Of a stretch of DNA of 64,000 nucleotides, positions 62,911-64,000 are shown piece by piece. Made by a program: the position numbers and the translations under genes. Below the pieces are notes generated by a model, which had not been told where the DNA came from, did no database searches, and worked only from the letters and a program-made list of their open reading frames with translations. Origin of the DNA: Acidimicrobiia bacterium (GTDB lineage Bacteria; Actinomycetota; Acidimicrobiia; Acidimicrobiales; AC-14); the NCBI GenBank assembly GCA_046565765.1, contig JBKHXX010000057.1, forward strand, positions 14,454 to 78,453. The letters run 5' to 3'. Each line of letters starts with the position of its first letter. Position 1 is the first letter of the stretch.

Positions 62911-64000
62911 GCGAGGCGCCCGGAGCCGCGCCGGCGACCATGCACGTCGTGGCCACCGCCGGCCACGTCGACCACGGCAAGTCCACCCTCGTGCTGGCCC
63001 TCACCGGCATGGACCCCGACCGCTTCGCCGAGGAGAAGGCGCGGGGCCTCACCATCGACCTGGGCTTCGCCTGGACCACCCTCCCGTCGGGCCGCCAGCT
63101 CGCGTTCGTCGACGTGCCCGGCCACGTCCGGTTCCTCAAGAACATGCTGGCCGGGGTGGGTGCGGTCGACGCCTGCCTGTTCATCGTGGCCGCCACCGAG
63201 GGCTGGAAGCCCCAGTCGGAGGAGCATCTGCGCATCCTCGAGGTCCTCGGCGTGCAACACGGCCTGGTCGCACTCACCAAGGTCGGCCTGGTGGACGGTG
63301 ACGACCGGGAGCTGGCCCGGCTGATGATCTCCGAGGCGGTGGAGGGCACGTTCCTGGAGAAGGCGGAGATCGTCGAGGTGGACGCTCCCACCAACGTCGG
63401 CCTGGACGAGATGCGGGCCGCCCTCGACCGGCTGCTGGAGGCCACACCGGTCTCCGCCGACCGGGGCCGGGCCCGCCTGTGGGTCGACCGGGTCTTCGCG
63501 GCCAAGGGGTCGGGCACGGTGGTCACGGGCACCCTGGCCGGCGGATCGTTGCACGTCGACGACGAGCTGCTGGTCCTGCCGCTGGGCCGGCGGGTGCGGG
63601 TGCGGGCCCTCCAGAGCCTCCAGCGGCAGCGCAGCGCGGTGCCGCCCGGCAGCCGGGTGGCCGTCAACCTCACCGGCGTGGCCCACGACGAGGTGGCCCG
63701 GGGCGCGGCGCTCGTCCGCCCCGACCAGTGGCAGCCCACCCGCATGGTCGACGCCTCGCTCGCCGTGCTGGGCGGCCTCGACCACGAGGTCAGCGCCCGC
63801 GGCGCCTACCAGGTCTACCTCGGCTCGGGCGAGCACCCGGTGCGCCTGCGGGTGCTGGGGACGGAGGCCATCCTGCCCGGTGACGAGGGCCGTGTGCGCC
63901 TGCACCTGCCCGTTCGCGTACCCCTGCTGCCCGGCGACCGCTACGTGCTGCGGGAGAGCGGGCGGCACGAGACGGTCGGCGGCGGAGTGGTGCTCGACGT
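62907..64000 (+). CDS. selB: Selenocysteine-specific translation elongation factor, 3' end beyond the window
   Basis: Own translation from ATG 62907 (ATGA overlap with the selA stop): MSEAPGAAPATMHVVATAGHVDHGKSTLVLALTG...FVDVPGH...WVDRVFAAKGSGTVVTGTLAGG...VLRESGRHETVGGGVVLDV. It is open to position 64000 and is not in the ORF track because no stop lies in the window. Confidence 0.9.
   Translation, partial: MSEAPGAAPATMHVVATAGHVDHGKSTLVLALTGMDPDRFAEEKARGLTIDLGFAWTTLPSGRQLAFVDVPGHVRFLKNMLAGVGAVDACLFIVAATEGWKPQSEEHLRILEVLGVQHGLVALTKVGLVDGDDRELARLMISEAVEGTFLEKAEIVEVDAPTNVGLDEMRAALDRLLEATPVSADRGRARLWVDRVFAAKGSGTVVTGTLAGGSLHVDDELLVLPLGRRVRVRALQSLQRQRSAVPPGSRVAVNLTGVAHDEVARGAALVRPDQWQPTRMVDASLAVLGGLDHEVSARGAYQVYLGSGEHPVRLRVLGTEAILPGDEGRVRLHLPVRVPLLPGDRYVLRESGRHETVGGGVVLD

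Overview
Very GC-rich (about 70% by eye) chromosomal segment that looks actinobacterial. Supporting traits are the GlnR/GlnE/GlnA-GlnA2 nitrogen module, an Ssd-type tad locus, ectoine genes, FxsA, Mrp and PBP1A, plus many GTG starts, 4-nt start/stop overlaps and leaderless-looking promoters. I call about 60 protein genes and one tRNA (tRNA-Sec). I saw no rRNA, CRISPR array, transposase or integrase. Left to right: the distal part of a tad pilus operon (tadZ-tadA-tadB), tRNA-Sec, a group-2 sigma factor, nadE, an ECF-sigma/ZAS anti-sigma fusion, glnE, and ectA-ectB-ectC::ectD. Next comes a stand-alone [NiFe]-hydrogenase large-subunit homologue facing a KaiC-like/HTH/cupin regulator. This is followed by envelope acyltransferase genes, a DAC-like protein, lipoproteins, a second ECF sigma with a convergently overlapping mini-STAS ORF, two transglutaminases and an ATPase-less family-5 ABC importer. 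From 37.6 to 50.2 kb lies an accessory-looking stretch: a Rox-like monooxygenase, LAL/LuxR regulator, APH, two ABC exporters (one frameshifted), a pentapeptide-repeat protein, a truncated gene remnant and vapBC. The right end holds glnA / glnA2-glnR, Fe-S and redox housekeeping genes, PBP1A and selA-selB (cut by the window end). The best candidates for something undescribed are the orphan monocistronic hydrogenase-like gene with its divergent three-domain regulator, the fused ectoine synthase-hydroxylase, the sigma/anti-sigma single-chain fusion, and selenocysteine machinery with no visible selenoprotein target. All family calls come from motif recognition by eye; no database search was possible.
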